Shown here piece by piece: positions 50,630 through 60,120 of a stretch of 64,000 bases of DNA (the stretch's first letter is position 1; each line of letters starts with the position of its first letter). The translations under genes were made by a program, and so were the position numbers. The DNA is taken from positions 186,001 to 250,000 of the IMG/VR virus record IMGVR_UViG_3300005965_000002; one strand, given 5' to 3'. Below the pieces are notes generated by a model. That model worked only from the letters and a program-made list of their open reading frames with translations. It was not told where the DNA came from and made no database searches.

Positions 50630-50630
50630 T
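50616..50630 (+). promoter_or_regulatory. Degenerate copy of the candidate late-promoter motif (AGATATCCTATTAAT)
   Basis: CTATTAAT core conserved. Lies 11 nt before gene 50642. Confidence 0.35.
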
Positions 50631-50641
50631 AGGAAATCCTA

Positions 50642-53600
50642 ATGAGCGATAATTTTGGAACAAATCAGAATCGTGTATTAGACGTAGAGAATCGTAGCCT
50701 GGACAATGTTGTATTCCAGAATAGGATCCCAAGTCTTACGTCTGAACTCAACCTAATAAATCAGATATCAAACGATAAGACTCAAAAGGTTCTGAAGTCT
50801 ATATATCCTTCCGGTTGGTTGAAGGTAGATAGTATAGATCAGTTATCTGATAGCATTACTGAGAATAATGCTAGAAGTGGACAGGTTCTATGCTCTTCCT
50901 CTTATGGATCTAATACCTTTAAATTAGTATCTACGGATATGTCGAATGTAGCGGTAGTTAATGGGTGGCCTATATTAATTCAAAAGACAATTCCTGAAAA
51001 ACCATATGACCTAGTTAAAGATCTTATTTCCATAAAATTGCCCCCTAATTCTGGTTCATACAGGTATGATGTAGTTTTTCTAGAAGTATGGAGAAAACTT
51101 GTAGGAGAAAGTGATTTAATATACCCGTACGGAAATGTCCAGGCTCCCTCTTCCTTAGATAAACAGATAGTATGGGATAGTGTCGGGATTGAAACCACAA
51201 AGAGAGTGCAGCTACAGTATAGAATTAGAGATAAAATAGACAGTGCCTATACTAGCAATATTGATTTTAACCAGTACCCCGAAGGGTTAGGTTCACCTCA
51301 GATAAAAGCTATAGGGGGAAACCCAGACGGAACCTTTACTACTTACTCTTTTACTAATGCAGGAGTAAAAGATCCGGGATTATATATAGCCGGGACAGGA
51401 TCAGATGCTGACAAAATAGCTTTAAATACAGTAGACGGTTTTGTGTATGCTATTCCAATGTTTGTCGTCTACAGAAGAGCTAACTATGATTATAGCACAA
51501 ATAAAATCCATGGTGCTAAAGTAACTAGTAATAATACTCGTTCCGACCGTCCTGATGGTAAAAAATTAGATTTAATATATAGTTCAGATATTGTAGACCT
51601 GCGACATACGTCACTGTCTAGTAACGGTAACCTGGATAGCATTTTAAAGAGAAGTTTCAGAAAACTAATATCAGGAAATCTGAGAACAAAAATAGGAAAA
51701 GTATTTGGGAACTCTGGGTCTAGGTATACGGCTTCCGGGGGCTCCGAGATACTTAAAATAGAGCAACTGAACGGGAGCGGTAGTTTACCAAACATTGGAA
51801 GCGGAAGTGATTCTGGTGCAAATTCTGTAAAAAGAACACAATTTTCTTTTGCTTCGGGTTACTCAAAAAGAAACGTAGTTCAACTTGATATCTCTCCCGA
51901 AAGTACATGGCATACTAACGAAATAAATCTTAACACTTATTTTATCCAATCTTTCGGGACTATAACAGACGTGACTGGAATTTTTTATGTAGATAGTTCA
52001 AGCAGTCCCGCGACTAGCGACGGTATCGATATCAGTTGGGATTATGCTGATCCTGATCCAAGCGATAAAGTCTATGTAAAATATAAAGCAACTACTATCT
52101 ATAAATTAGTTCAGAATAATTCATATTCTAATACAGACCAGATAATTGAAAAAGACGCTAACTCTATAACACTTGCTAGTGGAAGAAAATTAGATGTATC
52201 AGGAACTGTCTCTTATAAATCTAAAGATTTAGAGGGCAATACGGAGGCAATAACTAGTGTTGACTTATCTGTAAATGATTATATAGAATACGAAGATGAT
52301 CCCTATATAGAGTTTACAAACCAAGCACCTATAAGCGGTAAAAGCACTACAGATGTGAAAGTTTTTGTAGAGTTTGACTTTTACTATAACGAGAGCAATA
52401 ACGGTTTTAAGGATTTGCCTAAAAAGATACTAGAGGTTAATAAAGATTATCGAGTGCCTATTCCTGTCAGAAATAGCGATGTCTTGTTGAGGTATGATAA
52501 TGACCTCAATCTATTAGAGTTTAATAACGGTTTAGCCTCCGATGGTACCTCCGAGAACGATTATGTTCATTATGCAGGTGGTAACGAAACTGAAAATTAC
52601 AATTTTGGTGTGGACTTAGTAATCCACCGAACAATCGACGTTAGATCTGGAGGATTTTCTATAGAGTGCGAGAACGGAAAATTAAACGGGTATCCGGTTT
52701 TAGGCGTAAAAACAGTACAGTATAAAGAACTCGGAACTTGGTCAGACCCTATTTCCTTTAGTCTACAAATGGAAAGAACTACTTCTTCAATTTTTTATAT
52801 AAAAAGTACAGGATTATCTGACGGTTCTTATGAGTTTAAAATAACACTCTCTGTAGGATCTAATGAATTTGGGTCGTTTAAGTTTTTCGAAACAAGTCAT
52901 CAAGCAAGAGGTGTCGTAGATACGTATGAATTAATAGAGATTGATGCTTCGGCTGTTAGTAACGGATCGGCAGATTGGGTAGTTGAAAGCTTAGACAAGC
53001 CTTTCATAGCTTTTTCCTCAAAGACATTTAATTCTAACCCTGTAGAATCACAAGCATATGTATATGTTAGAAGATCTGATCACTCAACTTATTATGCTGC
53101 TGAATCCTTCGAGCTGTACCACCCATCAGCAACTAGTGACCCTGCTAATAGCTTTTTACCGGTAGAACCCGATCAATATGGAGAAGATTATTTACCAAAC
53201 AGATTAAAAATAAAACTGAGAAATCCTTTGGAAATTCTTGATGTAAAAGTAGTAGCACTCGTACGAAGCTACGTAGAGTCTGGAGAGGGCGCTTATAATT
53301 TCGTTTTGAATGTTTCTCCGTATCAGGGAAGGTTAGAGTTATCAACAGATAAGTTTTACGGAAAAATAGTAGCGCAAGGCCCAGCGCTAATAACCACATC
53401 AGGGTCTGGTAAAATTAGTAACTACACCTACTCTAAGGGTTCTGTAACAGTAATAAATAACTCAAGAACAGTTAATGGAAAAAATACTGATTGGGTCCAG
53501 GACTCAGGAGCTACTTTTAACGTTCTTTCAGGGGACTACATTTCGATCAATGGTTCCAATTACTATAGAATTGAAGAGGTTCAACCTACACACCTGACTT

Positions 53601-54211
53601 TATCAGAAAAGTTCTACTCACCCTCTGGGGCTCCTTCTGCAAATTCATCATATCAGATTGTAAGACTTGATGTCCCAAAAAGTTATTTAGCTAATGTAAT
53701 CGATAGAATGCCAACCCTTAAGTTAGAAAATGATTACCAGGCTAAATCTACCCTTATGGATGTAGGAAATATTGAAACTGATATATATGAAACAAATCCT
53801 CGTTTAGTAGGCCAATCACCTCTTGATGCCGCTACAAATGATTTTACGGTGGGTGATTCATCAAGTATAAGGTTGCGTGGCTTTTCTAATTTTAAGCTTA
53901 CTTTGTCAAACTCCTCAGAATTTTTTGGTAAGAAAACTACTTCTATAGAATATGAAAAAATGAAAGCTATGATTGATGATAGCTCTTTAGAGTGGAGTAC
54001 CGAAGAAGGAGTAAAAAAGGTTTATCAATCCTATATCCTTAACGCTGCGGTTAGCAGTAATCCCTCAGATTTAAGTGGTAAATTATATATGGTTGTTATT
54101 GCTAACGAAACAGGATTAAAAAGCGGAGCAACTATCCTAAATGGAAATTCAGAAATAGATGTTGTCGATTTGTTCGAGTTAGAGGGAAGACCGATCATTA
54201 AAACTGTATAA
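50642..54211 (+). CDS. Baseplate/fibre protein (DUF4815-like N-terminus), paralog of 20668..25143
   Basis: Shared blocks: VFQ...SELN, AVVNGWPI, VFLEVWRK, IYPxGN, GxETxxRVQxQYRIR, PEGLG, DGFxxAxPMFxVxRRN, RPDG...DIVDLR. Confidence 0.7.
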   Translation: MSDNFGTNQNRVLDVENRSLDNVVFQNRIPSLTSELNLINQISNDKTQKVLKSIYPSGWLKVDSIDQLSDSITENNARSGQVLCSSSYGSNTFKLVSTDMSNVAVVNGWPILIQKTIPEKPYDLVKDLISIKLPPNSGSYRYDVVFLEVWRKLVGESDLIYPYGNVQAPSSLDKQIVWDSVGIETTKRVQLQYRIRDKIDSAYTSNIDFNQYPEGLGSPQIKAIGGNPDGTFTTYSFTNAGVKDPGLYIAGTGSDADKIALNTVDGFVYAIPMFVVYRRANYDYSTNKIHGAKVTSNNTRSDRPDGKKLDLIYSSDIVDLRHTSLSSNGNLDSILKRSFRKLISGNLRTKIGKVFGNSGSRYTASGGSEILKIEQLNGSGSLPNIGSGSDSGANSVKRTQFSFASGYSKRNVVQLDISPESTWHTNEINLNTYFIQSFGTITDVTGIFYVDSSSSPATSDGIDISWDYADPDPSDKVYVKYKATTIYKLVQNNSYSNTDQIIEKDANSITLASGRKLDVSGTVSYKSKDLEGNTEAITSVDLSVNDYIEYEDDPYIEFTNQAPISGKSTTDVKVFVEFDFYYNESNNGFKDLPKKILEVNKDYRVPIPVRNSDVLLRYDNDLNLLEFNNGLASDGTSENDYVHYAGGNETENYNFGVDLVIHRTIDVRSGGFSIECENGKLNGYPVLGVKTVQYKELGTWSDPISFSLQMERTTSSIFYIKSTGLSDGSYEFKITLSVGSNEFGSFKFFETSHQARGVVDTYELIEIDASAVSNGSADWVVESLDKPFIAFSSKTFNSNPVESQAYVYVRRSDHSTYYAAESFELYHPSATSDPANSFLPVEPDQYGEDYLPNRLKIKLRNPLEILDVKVVALVRSYVESGEGAYNFVLNVSPYQGRLELSTDKFYGKIVAQGPALITTSGSGKISNYTYSKGSVTVINNSRTVNGKNTDWVQDSGATFNVLSGDYISINGSNYYRIEEVQPTHLTLSEKFYSPSGAPSANSSYQIVRLDVPKSYLANVIDRMPTLKLENDYQAKSTLMDVGNIETDIYETNPRLVGQSPLDAATNDFTVGDSSSIRLRGFSNFKLTLSNSSEFFGKKTTSIEYEKMKAMIDDSSLEWSTEEGVKKVYQSYILNAAVSSNPSDLSGKLYMVVIANETGLKSGATILNGNSEIDVVDLFELEGRPIIKTV

Positions 54212-54222
54212 TGGGATAGAAA

Positions 54223-55380
54223 ATGAGTACTATAGAGGAAAGACTATATAAGGCAGTAATGGCCGCAGATGCAAAAGATGTTTTAGATGCTCAGCCCGCT
54301 AATAATCCGACAGTACTAAGGTACTATTATTATGAGACGTCTATAGCCGCAAATGATATTAATCAAATAGATTATGATAGAGTATTTGAGGTTGTGTCAA
54401 AAGCCAATGATCCATCAGCTATTAAGAATGTTATATCTCGTTTAGAAAAAAGCTTAACTGGTGGTGATAAAGGTGATAATTTTGGTTGGACTAATTTGGT
54501 AGTTAAGGCTGATAACTATAATGGAAGAACGGTTGTATACAGATGCGGCTTGCGTAGAGATGGGCAGCAAGTTATTAACGCAAATAGAAAAGCGATTTCT
54601 GAAGATGGCGCTAATATAAATCTGGATGATTTCGAGAATAAATTTAACTTATTTGTAAGTCAGTTTGGCGGCAAATATGTGAATGTGCAGTTTGGTCCAA
54701 ATGATTATTTTGTAGAAGGTGAGCCGGAAGAAGAACATTTAAAAATGTTATTGAAAGCCGACATTAACTATAATAGGAAGAATAAGCCTGGCCAAAGCGG
54801 GGTGCAAAAGACATCGCAAGAGTTTATGAGAGATTTATCAAATCTTAGATTATTTTTGATACCGCAGAACCAGCTTGCGTCTCCTGATTATCAATTAGCA
54901 CAGACAGATGAGTTTGCTGGTATACCAGGGCAGTTAGAAAAATTAAAACAGATAGCAGATAAGAGATTAAAGGAACTAGGCTCAGAGCAACCGGAAGAAG
55001 AATCCCTGGGAGAAAAGATGAAAACGGATAAACCGAATAAACCTAAAGAACCAATGACTACTGAAAAATCGAAAGATAAATATGTACAAGCCTCTGTTGA
55101 CGACTACACCCATGAGTATACTGGCGGGTTTGATATTATGCAGAGGTTAGTGAGAGACCAGCATAAAAAAATGAAAGTCCGTAAAGAAGCTCAGGATACC
55201 TCCAAGCAAATGCACCAGAAGGCTAAGAAGTACGAAGAAATTGCTAAGGTATTAAAGGACACTTCCCAGAAATTACAGCAAGTAGAAAAAACGGTTGAAC
55301 AAACTGAGTCCGCATATTCCCCTAATAAGTATGCCTCAATGACACAGCGCGTTTTAAAAAAGTATATGCAGGAATTGTAA
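54223..55380 (+). CDS. Hypothetical protein (385 aa) with charged/coiled C-terminus
   Basis: Long ORF that is the last gene before the replication module. No recognisable domain. Confidence 0.6.
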   Translation: MSTIEERLYKAVMAADAKDVLDAQPANNPTVLRYYYYETSIAANDINQIDYDRVFEVVSKANDPSAIKNVISRLEKSLTGGDKGDNFGWTNLVVKADNYNGRTVVYRCGLRRDGQQVINANRKAISEDGANINLDDFENKFNLFVSQFGGKYVNVQFGPNDYFVEGEPEEEHLKMLLKADINYNRKNKPGQSGVQKTSQEFMRDLSNLRLFLIPQNQLASPDYQLAQTDEFAGIPGQLEKLKQIADKRLKELGSEQPEEESLGEKMKTDKPNKPKEPMTTEKSKDKYVQASVDDYTHEYTGGFDIMQRLVRDQHKKMKVRKEAQDTSKQMHQKAKKYEEIAKVLKDTSQKLQQVEKTVEQTESAYSPNKYASMTQRVLKKYMQEL

Positions 55381-55390
55381 AAAAGTAAAC

Positions 55391-55410
55391 AGGTTTAATC
55401 AGATAAACCT
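55391..55410 (+). terminator. Hairpin AGGTTTA-atcaga-TAAACCT, weak terminator candidate
   Basis: Perfect 7-bp inverted repeat 10 nt after the last structural gene, followed by AATGTTTTT. The stem is AT-rich. Confidence 0.3.
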
Positions 55411-55550
55411 AATGTTTTTAAAAAAGTTAATGAGTCCCCGTTTTTGGATTTTTTCTAAAAAAATAGTTTTTGATGCTTTAAGTTCGTATTGCTGATCAGT
55501 ATATTAATACGAGCACAAATAGTTTATAGATTAAGAGGACCACAGATTAA

Positions 55551-57314
55551 ATGGCGAGCTTTGCAAAAAGACCTTCCAATCTTGATACCATCCTAGCCAT
55601 CCGATCTAAAAAGGATCTCAAACTCAAACCTAATAAGTATCTAAAAGATACTACTGAGTTGAGATACTACCAAATAGTCGGGTGCCTTCATTTTCTCCTA
55701 CTCTCCAGATTTATTCTTGGCGATAGCGCCGGTTTAGGTAAAACCCTGCAATCTATATCGGGGTATGTCTTCTCTCTTATAAGACACCCAGGCCTAAAAC
55801 TTCTAATCGTTACTCAAAAATCTGCTCGTTATCAATGGAAAGAGGAATTTGATAAATTCACTCAGGGCATCACGTCTCATGTAGTACAAAACACATGGGG
55901 CAAGGTAGTAGGTGATGATATTTTTGGGGAGCCGAAAGAGCTAAGAAAAAAAGGCTACAAGGTAGAAACATTAACCGGACTTGATGCCCGAATAGCCCAG
56001 TATCAAACCATCGATACTGATGTGCTTATCGTTAACTGGTACGCTGTTCAGAATGAGGCAAAAATACTCTGTGAGAACAGACTGCCCGATTATATGGTAA
56101 TTTTCGATGAAATTCAGGAAATAAAAAACAACGAAACAGTAGCTTATTTAGGCGCTCAGTATCTGGTAAAGCACTCTGTTAAGGCGGCAGGTCTCAGTGC
56201 TACTATCATTAAGAATAGGCTCGAAGAAGCATATAATATATTTGAAGCTATTATCCCCGGTATCTTTGGTGGTAAACAGAAGTTCCTAAAGCATTACACG
56301 AATCAGAAAAAAATAAAGATGAGGCGTGGGGGCCGTACCCGCTTTATTAATAAGATAGCATCTTACAAAAATTTGGGTGATTTCAAGGAAGTAATACGCC
56401 CCTATTTCTTGATCCGCAGAACCTCGGAGGTAGCCTCAGAGCTGCCTAGTTTAATATCCAAGCGGGTACTCCTGGATATGGACGAAGACCAGTTTTCTCT
56501 GTATAAGGAAGCTTTGGCTGGTGATGTATATCGTCGGATAGTAAAAAAGCGATACTTCGAGTTTAAAGAGCTGGTTGAATCCAAAGAACAGCCTACTGAT
56601 AAAGAATTAGAGAAGCTTGAAAAATTAGAGACTCAGTATGATGAGTCTACTATGGAAGATTGCATGTGGAAGAATAAAGCGGCTTCTCTCACATATTGCC
56701 AGATGATATCCAACGGCCCCCAGTGGCTGGATGAAGATGAAAAGGGCTCCAGTGTAAAAGAAGAAGAGTTTAAGCGTATATTTGAACAAGAGTTGTGCGC
56801 AGAGAAAGTGATCGTTTTCACTCGTTTCGAGTCTGGAGTAAAAAGGCTGGAAAAGATTTTAGAAAATCTTGGGTTAAAGTCGGTTAAAGTGACCGGGACT
56901 ATGAACCAGAAGAAAAGGGACGCGGCTCGTCATGCTTTTCAAAACGATGATGATGTAACAGCTATCATCATTACTTCTGCAGGTTCTGCTGCAATCAATT
57001 TGCAAAAAGCCAATGTTTTATTGTTTTATGACACTCCATGGAGTTATGGAGATCTGTATCAAACTATAGGTAGAGCTCAGCGTATTGGTAGTATGCATGA
57101 GCATGTTTATGTGCTTCATTTTGTTGCTAAGGGTACCATCGATGAGCATGTTTTGAATGTGTTAAAAGATAAGAAAAAGCTTATTAATGAAGTAATGGGA
57201 GATATAGCCGAAGGCTCTCTGGAATTTGATAAAAATAAGGAATTGTTCGTTGAGGAGGAAAGTGATATCGATGCCCTCTTTGACGCTGTTTTTGACTACC
57301 AAGAGGAAAAATGA
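55551..57314 (+). CDS. SNF2-family (SF2) helicase/ATPase
   Basis: ILGDSAGLGKT (motif I), IFDEIQ (II), LSATIIKN (III), KVIVFTRF (IV), SAGSAAINLQKAN...DTPW...QTIGRAQRIGS (V/VI). Confidence 0.92.
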   Translation: MASFAKRPSNLDTILAIRSKKDLKLKPNKYLKDTTELRYYQIVGCLHFLLLSRFILGDSAGLGKTLQSISGYVFSLIRHPGLKLLIVTQKSARYQWKEEFDKFTQGITSHVVQNTWGKVVGDDIFGEPKELRKKGYKVETLTGLDARIAQYQTIDTDVLIVNWYAVQNEAKILCENRLPDYMVIFDEIQEIKNNETVAYLGAQYLVKHSVKAAGLSATIIKNRLEEAYNIFEAIIPGIFGGKQKFLKHYTNQKKIKMRRGGRTRFINKIASYKNLGDFKEVIRPYFLIRRTSEVASELPSLISKRVLLDMDEDQFSLYKEALAGDVYRRIVKKRYFEFKELVESKEQPTDKELEKLEKLETQYDESTMEDCMWKNKAASLTYCQMISNGPQWLDEDEKGSSVKEEEFKRIFEQELCAEKVIVFTRFESGVKRLEKILENLGLKSVKVTGTMNQKKRDAARHAFQNDDDVTAIIITSAGSAAINLQKANVLLFYDTPWSYGDLYQTIGRAQRIGSMHEHVYVLHFVAKGTIDEHVLNVLKDKKKLINEVMGDIAEGSLEFDKNKELFVEEESDIDALFDAVFDYQEEK

Positions 57315-58000
57315 GCTGTCCTTACTGTAATGATGCAGGGTTTATAAATAAGATAAGAAAAACGAGAGATAGGCATGGAAATGAAATGGAGAAGAACGCT
57401 TCTCTACCCTGTCTGTGCAGAATAAACCCCTCGATCAGTAAAAAATATAAGGTGCTCTCCGGCACCCCCGATGCTGTTCCTGCTGATATTAAAGAAGCAG
57501 TAAAAACTCTCGGGTTCAGGCACCTGTTGGTGGTAGGACCAGAGCAGCTCTTCCTATATGCTGTAAGGGCTTTCATTGCTTGCCCTCTATATTTTTCCTG
57601 GCGCTCTTTTATCATACTCAACGGCTATGAGATGATAAAAGATTTCCATAGTGCAGGAGCTCAAGAGGGGCGCAGCCTAAATGATTTATTAGAATACGAT
57701 CTTTTAGTACTTACATGTTTTGCTACTGCAAGTATGGCTCCTATGAAGGAAGCTGTGTATCAAGTCATAAGAGATAGGATTGTACGAAATAAGCCGGTAT
57801 GGATCTTTGCAGCTTCCGTACGAGATTTTGAGCTCAGCCAAGAATTTTCTAAGGATCTATTCGATGTAATGAAAAGAGCTCAATTCAAATCATTTAGTGT
57901 AGATAAGTTCAAATTTCAGCAGACAGTTTCAAGAACTGCCTACCACCAAGCATTGATCGCTCAAAAAAGGGAAGCTCAGGAAGACGCTGGGAGCTATTAA
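57311..58000 (+). CDS. DnaC/DnaI-like helicase loader homolog with degenerate ATPase motifs
   Basis: N-terminal CPYC...CLC zinc motif. Loader-like layout LLVVG...YDLLVL...VYQVIRDRIVRNKPVWIF. Directly upstream of DnaB. Confidence 0.6.
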   Translation: MSCPYCNDAGFINKIRKTRDRHGNEMEKNASLPCLCRINPSISKKYKVLSGTPDAVPADIKEAVKTLGFRHLLVVGPEQLFLYAVRAFIACPLYFSWRSFIILNGYEMIKDFHSAGAQEGRSLNDLLEYDLLVLTCFATASMAPMKEAVYQVIRDRIVRNKPVWIFAASVRDFELSQEFSKDLFDVMKRAQFKSFSVDKFKFQQTVSRTAYHQALIAQKREAQEDAGSY

Positions 58001-58043
58001 AATATTAGTATTTAGCTTCATTTTTCAGATTAACTGTTAAAAT

Positions 58044-59579
58044 ATGATTACATTAGATACCATTTTCAGATCTGTTCTGAATTTCAAAACTGCTGACGGA
58101 AAACCTACCCTATCCCAAGAGGATTTGGTTAAGAATTTCCGGTCGCTGCAGAAGATTATTCCTAGTACGCCAGAGGATCCAGCGTATAAGAGGCTCTACA
58201 CTTTTTTATATGATTTTCTGAAGAAGTGTGAAGGAGAGTTTTTAGAGCTTCCTTCTTATCAGTATACGAAAAAGTACTTTGAGGATAGGGAAGGAAACGA
58301 AGCAGTACTCGCTGTATTAGAGCGGATAAAAAATGAGAGGCCCTGTGAGGGCGAAGAATTCAGAAGTATACTGCGTGAGTATAAAGAGGACCAGGCGCTT
58401 GAGGAGTTAGAGTACGTTTTAAATAATGTTAATAAAATAGCTAGAGTAGGCCTTGAGGTAGGGGTTGGAAGAAATAAAAAGAAGATAGAAGGTTTAGAAG
58501 CAGCTATAGGATACTTTGCAGAAAAATCCCGTAAGCTTCGGCAAAACCGTACGAACATTGTCACCCAATCCCAGATTATATCCAAGAAGAGTGCAGAGAG
58601 CGTTAAGAAAAAATACCAGCAAGTAAAAACAGAACCCGAAGATGTAATGGGTATCCCAACCGGTATCGATGCTATAGATAAAAACTGTAACGGTTTGGGA
58701 AGATCTCAGTTAATGCTCGTAGGTGCTTTTACCGCTCACGGTAAGACAACGTTTTCCATGAATATGGCATATCAAGCCATCATCTCTGGGTGGAATACCT
58801 GTTATGTTTCTCTGGAAATGTCTCACGACGAGATACGTGATAAATTTTACACACTCCATACGTGTCACCCTAAATTCCGCACATTGTATCCTCATCTTAG
58901 CCACGTAGTAGGAAAAATCAACGTCAACGACGTAACGTATGGGTTGCTCAGAGATGAAGAAGAAGAGCTCTTTTACATAGCCTCTGAGGACTTCGGTAGC
59001 ATAGAGAGCAATGGGTATGGGATGTGTGATCTGTGGCAACCGGAGAAAACGCTTACCACGTTGGGAGATATAGAATTTCATCTTCTTGACGTGCAGCAGC
59101 AATTTAAGGCAGGTGATCGTGATCTAGAATTTTGCGTCATTGACTATATCACTCTTTTAGGCATTGATAAGGACATGAAGAGTCATGACCATAAGCAGGA
59201 TATGAACAATATAATTAAAAGCTTGAAGCGGACCTGCTTGACCTTCAACCATGGCGCTGGTATAAGAATGGTTTCCCCTTTCCAGATCAGCCGTAGAGCT
59301 TTTCTTGAAGCTAAAAAGAACGAGGGCCGCTATGACGCTACTGCTTTAGGTGACTATAACGAAGCTGAAAGATCGGCTGATATAGTAGTATCCCTGTATG
59401 TAGATGAAGAAATGAGGGAAAGCGGACAGACCCGTATACAGAATCTTAAGAGTAGAAGAGATAAGCATTTCCCTACATGCATAGCCAATGTTAATCAGGC
59501 TAATGGCTGTATTACAGATAGGATAGAGTTAACGGATGAAGATCCTGTAGAAATCATCGGACAGGTATATGGGCTATAA
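58044..59579 (+). CDS. dnaB: DnaB-like replicative helicase
   Basis: Walker A GAFTAHGKTT, Walker B CVIDYITLL, and SPFQISR, ERSADIVVSL, NLKSR (SF4 H-motifs). Confidence 0.9.
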   Translation: MITLDTIFRSVLNFKTADGKPTLSQEDLVKNFRSLQKIIPSTPEDPAYKRLYTFLYDFLKKCEGEFLELPSYQYTKKYFEDREGNEAVLAVLERIKNERPCEGEEFRSILREYKEDQALEELEYVLNNVNKIARVGLEVGVGRNKKKIEGLEAAIGYFAEKSRKLRQNRTNIVTQSQIISKKSAESVKKKYQQVKTEPEDVMGIPTGIDAIDKNCNGLGRSQLMLVGAFTAHGKTTFSMNMAYQAIISGWNTCYVSLEMSHDEIRDKFYTLHTCHPKFRTLYPHLSHVVGKINVNDVTYGLLRDEEEELFYIASEDFGSIESNGYGMCDLWQPEKTLTTLGDIEFHLLDVQQQFKAGDRDLEFCVIDYITLLGIDKDMKSHDHKQDMNNIIKSLKRTCLTFNHGAGIRMVSPFQISRRAFLEAKKNEGRYDATALGDYNEAERSADIVVSLYVDEEMRESGQTRIQNLKSRRDKHFPTCIANVNQANGCITDRIELTDEDPVEIIGQVYGL

Positions 59580-60120
59580 GGATTTAAAGGCCGTAAAGGA
59601 GGAAATTAAAAAGCATGTTTCCCTAAAAGACATACTTATAGAGTCAGGGAAAATAAATGGTATATTACCCGAAGAGCAGTTCTCTTGTACATTCCATGGA
59701 GCAGATTTTAAAAAGAGTGCTAGATATTACGAAGAATCAGATACATGCCATTGTTTCACATGTCATAAGAGTTGGGACCTATACTCTTATTTACAGCAGC
59801 GGGATACATTAACGTTTAAGCAGACGCTTAATTACCTATTAAAAACATACCGTATTGATATATCTAAGCTCCCCGATGCAATCTCTACTAATACAAACCT
59901 ACGTAAGCAAAATAAACAGGGTTATGACAATAAGAAATTATTCCTTTTTAAAGTAAAGGATATGATTTCTAGTTTTGAAAACAAAATACCGGCTGAAAAA
60001 TATATCCGGTTAGTTTACGCCTATATGGTTATCAAGTATTCATTCAAAGAAGAGAATGAATTTTTAGAGAACGCTCTAAAATTAAAAAGAGCGGTGGAGA
60101 AGATCAGTAAGGAGATTTAG
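59569..60120 (+). CDS. Stand-alone primase-type CHC2 zinc-finger protein
   Basis: CTFHG...SARYY...CHCFTC...DLYSYLQ...TFKQTLNYL matches the DnaG zinc-binding domain. No TOPRIM region follows. Confidence 0.8.
   Translation: MGYKDLKAVKEEIKKHVSLKDILIESGKINGILPEEQFSCTFHGADFKKSARYYEESDTCHCFTCHKSWDLYSYLQQRDTLTFKQTLNYLLKTYRIDISKLPDAISTNTNLRKQNKQGYDNKKLFLFKVKDMISSFENKIPAEKYIRLVYAYMVIKYSFKEENEFLENALKLKRAVEKISKEI

Noticed and set aside
1-55380. Interpretation as a cellular contractile injection system (eCIS/T6SS/tailocin)
   Set aside because: The structural genes run directly into a phage-type SNF2-loader-DnaB-primase finger-PolA module with no cellular housekeeping genes.
58030-58040. Palindrome TTAACTGTTAA upstream of dnaB
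   Set aside because: Short, AT-rich and single copy, so compatible with chance.
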